Below are positions 62,719 to 64,000 of a stretch of 64,000 nucleotides of DNA, in pieces. The position numbers and the translations under genes are program-made. The stretch comes from Vicugna vicugna (lineage: Eukaryota). The notes below the pieces were generated by a model that saw nothing but the letters and a program-made list of their open reading frames with translations, was not told the DNA's origin and searched no databases. The DNA lies in the NCBI GenBank assembly GCA_013265495.1, contig MU063009.1, positions 581,560-645,559 on the forward strand, in the 5' to 3' direction. The first letter of the stretch is position 1; every line of letters starts with the position of its first letter.

Positions 62719-64000
62719 TAATGGGGAAAGAAAGACTTAGCAGAGCCCTCGCAAGACCTAAAACATACTGCTTGCCTCTACCTTTGATACCCTCATCAGC
62801 TCAGCTAGACCCCTGCATGAAGGTCATGGCCAGCTTGTGCAGGACTAACCCTCCCAAGGGAAGCAGAGGGTTTGAGCCACCCAGACGGCAGTGGCGGGAC
62901 CACGGAGACCATTCCTTCCTGGATACCTGCCTCGCATCACTCCGGATATCACACTCAGATTCACCTGTGGGAAAGGAGGGAGATCCATCGCTTCGGACAA
63001 AGTGTGCGACATAACTGGGGAGTGTTGTTTGATTGAGCTCAATTCTCAAATAAGAAAATCTACCACATCTCCCATCTAAATCCATGGCTGGGGGCCCGTG
63101 GGCTGCTTTTCCCACAGGTTCCATGAGTTTGCTGCAAACACCAACATATTCTCCCCCAACCCTGCTAGTTTCAGGGTGAGAAGCCCCGTGTGAGCAGTCT
63201 CATGACAGTGACCCTCTGAGGTGAAGAGTGGTCTCTTGGCCTCATGGCCAGCAGCTCCCGGGAGACCCAAGGCCTCTCCATGTCCCCTCTGCTCAGCCTA
63301 AAGCCCCACACATATTCTGAGAAGGTGAGTGAGGCATCAGAGGAATGGATGAAACAAAGAAAGGTACATAGGTCAGAAGGAAACCAGATGGCCAGGGCTA
63401 AGTCAATATTCCAACCCCAGTTCCAATGTGCCTTCCATATTTAACTTTCAATTATCTGTAGACACTAGCATTCCCAGCATGAAACTGCCAAGACCAGCTC
63501 CCTATATCCCAGCAGGAGAAGGAGTTCTCTGTTCCAATCAACATTATCAGTCCCAAGTAATAAACAACTCAGTGGAACTGCCCATGGCTGCAAACACTAA
63601 CAGAAAATCCCACGACTAATAATTTGAAGAACAAGTTTAACCAGTTAATGGGTAAAGAAGATATCAAAGATCCAGTAAGCTTTGGTTAAATCTACGTGTC
63701 TGGCCATTATGAATATCCAAAATAGAGCATCTGGTTTTCTTAAAGTTGAGGATAAGGAGAGAGGGTAGGGTGAGCTGTTAGTTTCACGGTAGAAGTGGCA
63801 ACATATTTTTATTTAAATGATACTGACAAGGGATGACTGTGACCATTTTACACAACCCAGTGGTCTGGGTGATCAATGCAAAGAGCCCAGTAGTATTAAT
63901 GATCTGGTGGCCACCCCCACTTTTGCCCCTTCCGCCCCTGCCAAGGTAGGATCACGTTTGTGACTGGACAAGACTCTTGGAGGAGAGAAGGCAAGGTACC

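Noticed and set aside
54281-64000. Large acidic N-terminal APBA2 coding exon
   Set aside because: No matching ORF on -; it must lie beyond coordinate 64000.

Overview
Mammalian genomic DNA, most likely camelid (alpaca/camel), judged from the tRNA-derived SINE family and cetartiodactyl-type L1 3' ends; the species cannot be fixed from sequence alone. Two genes lie tail-to-tail, as at human 15q13. On + are the last six coding exons and ~2.7 kb 3' UTR of ENTREP2 (FAM189A1; stop 13889-13891, AATAAA 16606). On - are the last eleven coding exons of APBA2 (Mint2/X11L; 432 codons plus stop covering the linker, PTB, PDZ1 and PDZ2; stop 18685-18687). All resolved junctions are GT-AG and join in frame; only the acceptor of the first ENTREP2 exon is ambiguous. 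The large N-terminal APBA2 coding exon lies beyond the right edge. Introns hold five SINEs, several L1 relics, a solo ERV LTR with a 4-bp TSD, two MLT1 LTRs, MER5A/MER8/MER20 DNA-transposon relics and a near-full-length decayed Tigger1. Nearly all other ORFs in the track are chance ORFs of GC-rich intron. I found no convincing new gene or novel system. The best leads are regulatory: a CpG-dense intronic segment with tandem NRF1 sites, two co-oriented CTCF motifs, an RE1/REST motif and a 36-nt microexon with neural-type splice signals. The N runs look like length-preserving masks rather than ordinary gaps. Gene and repeat names come from my recall of orthologues and consensus sequences, not database searches.
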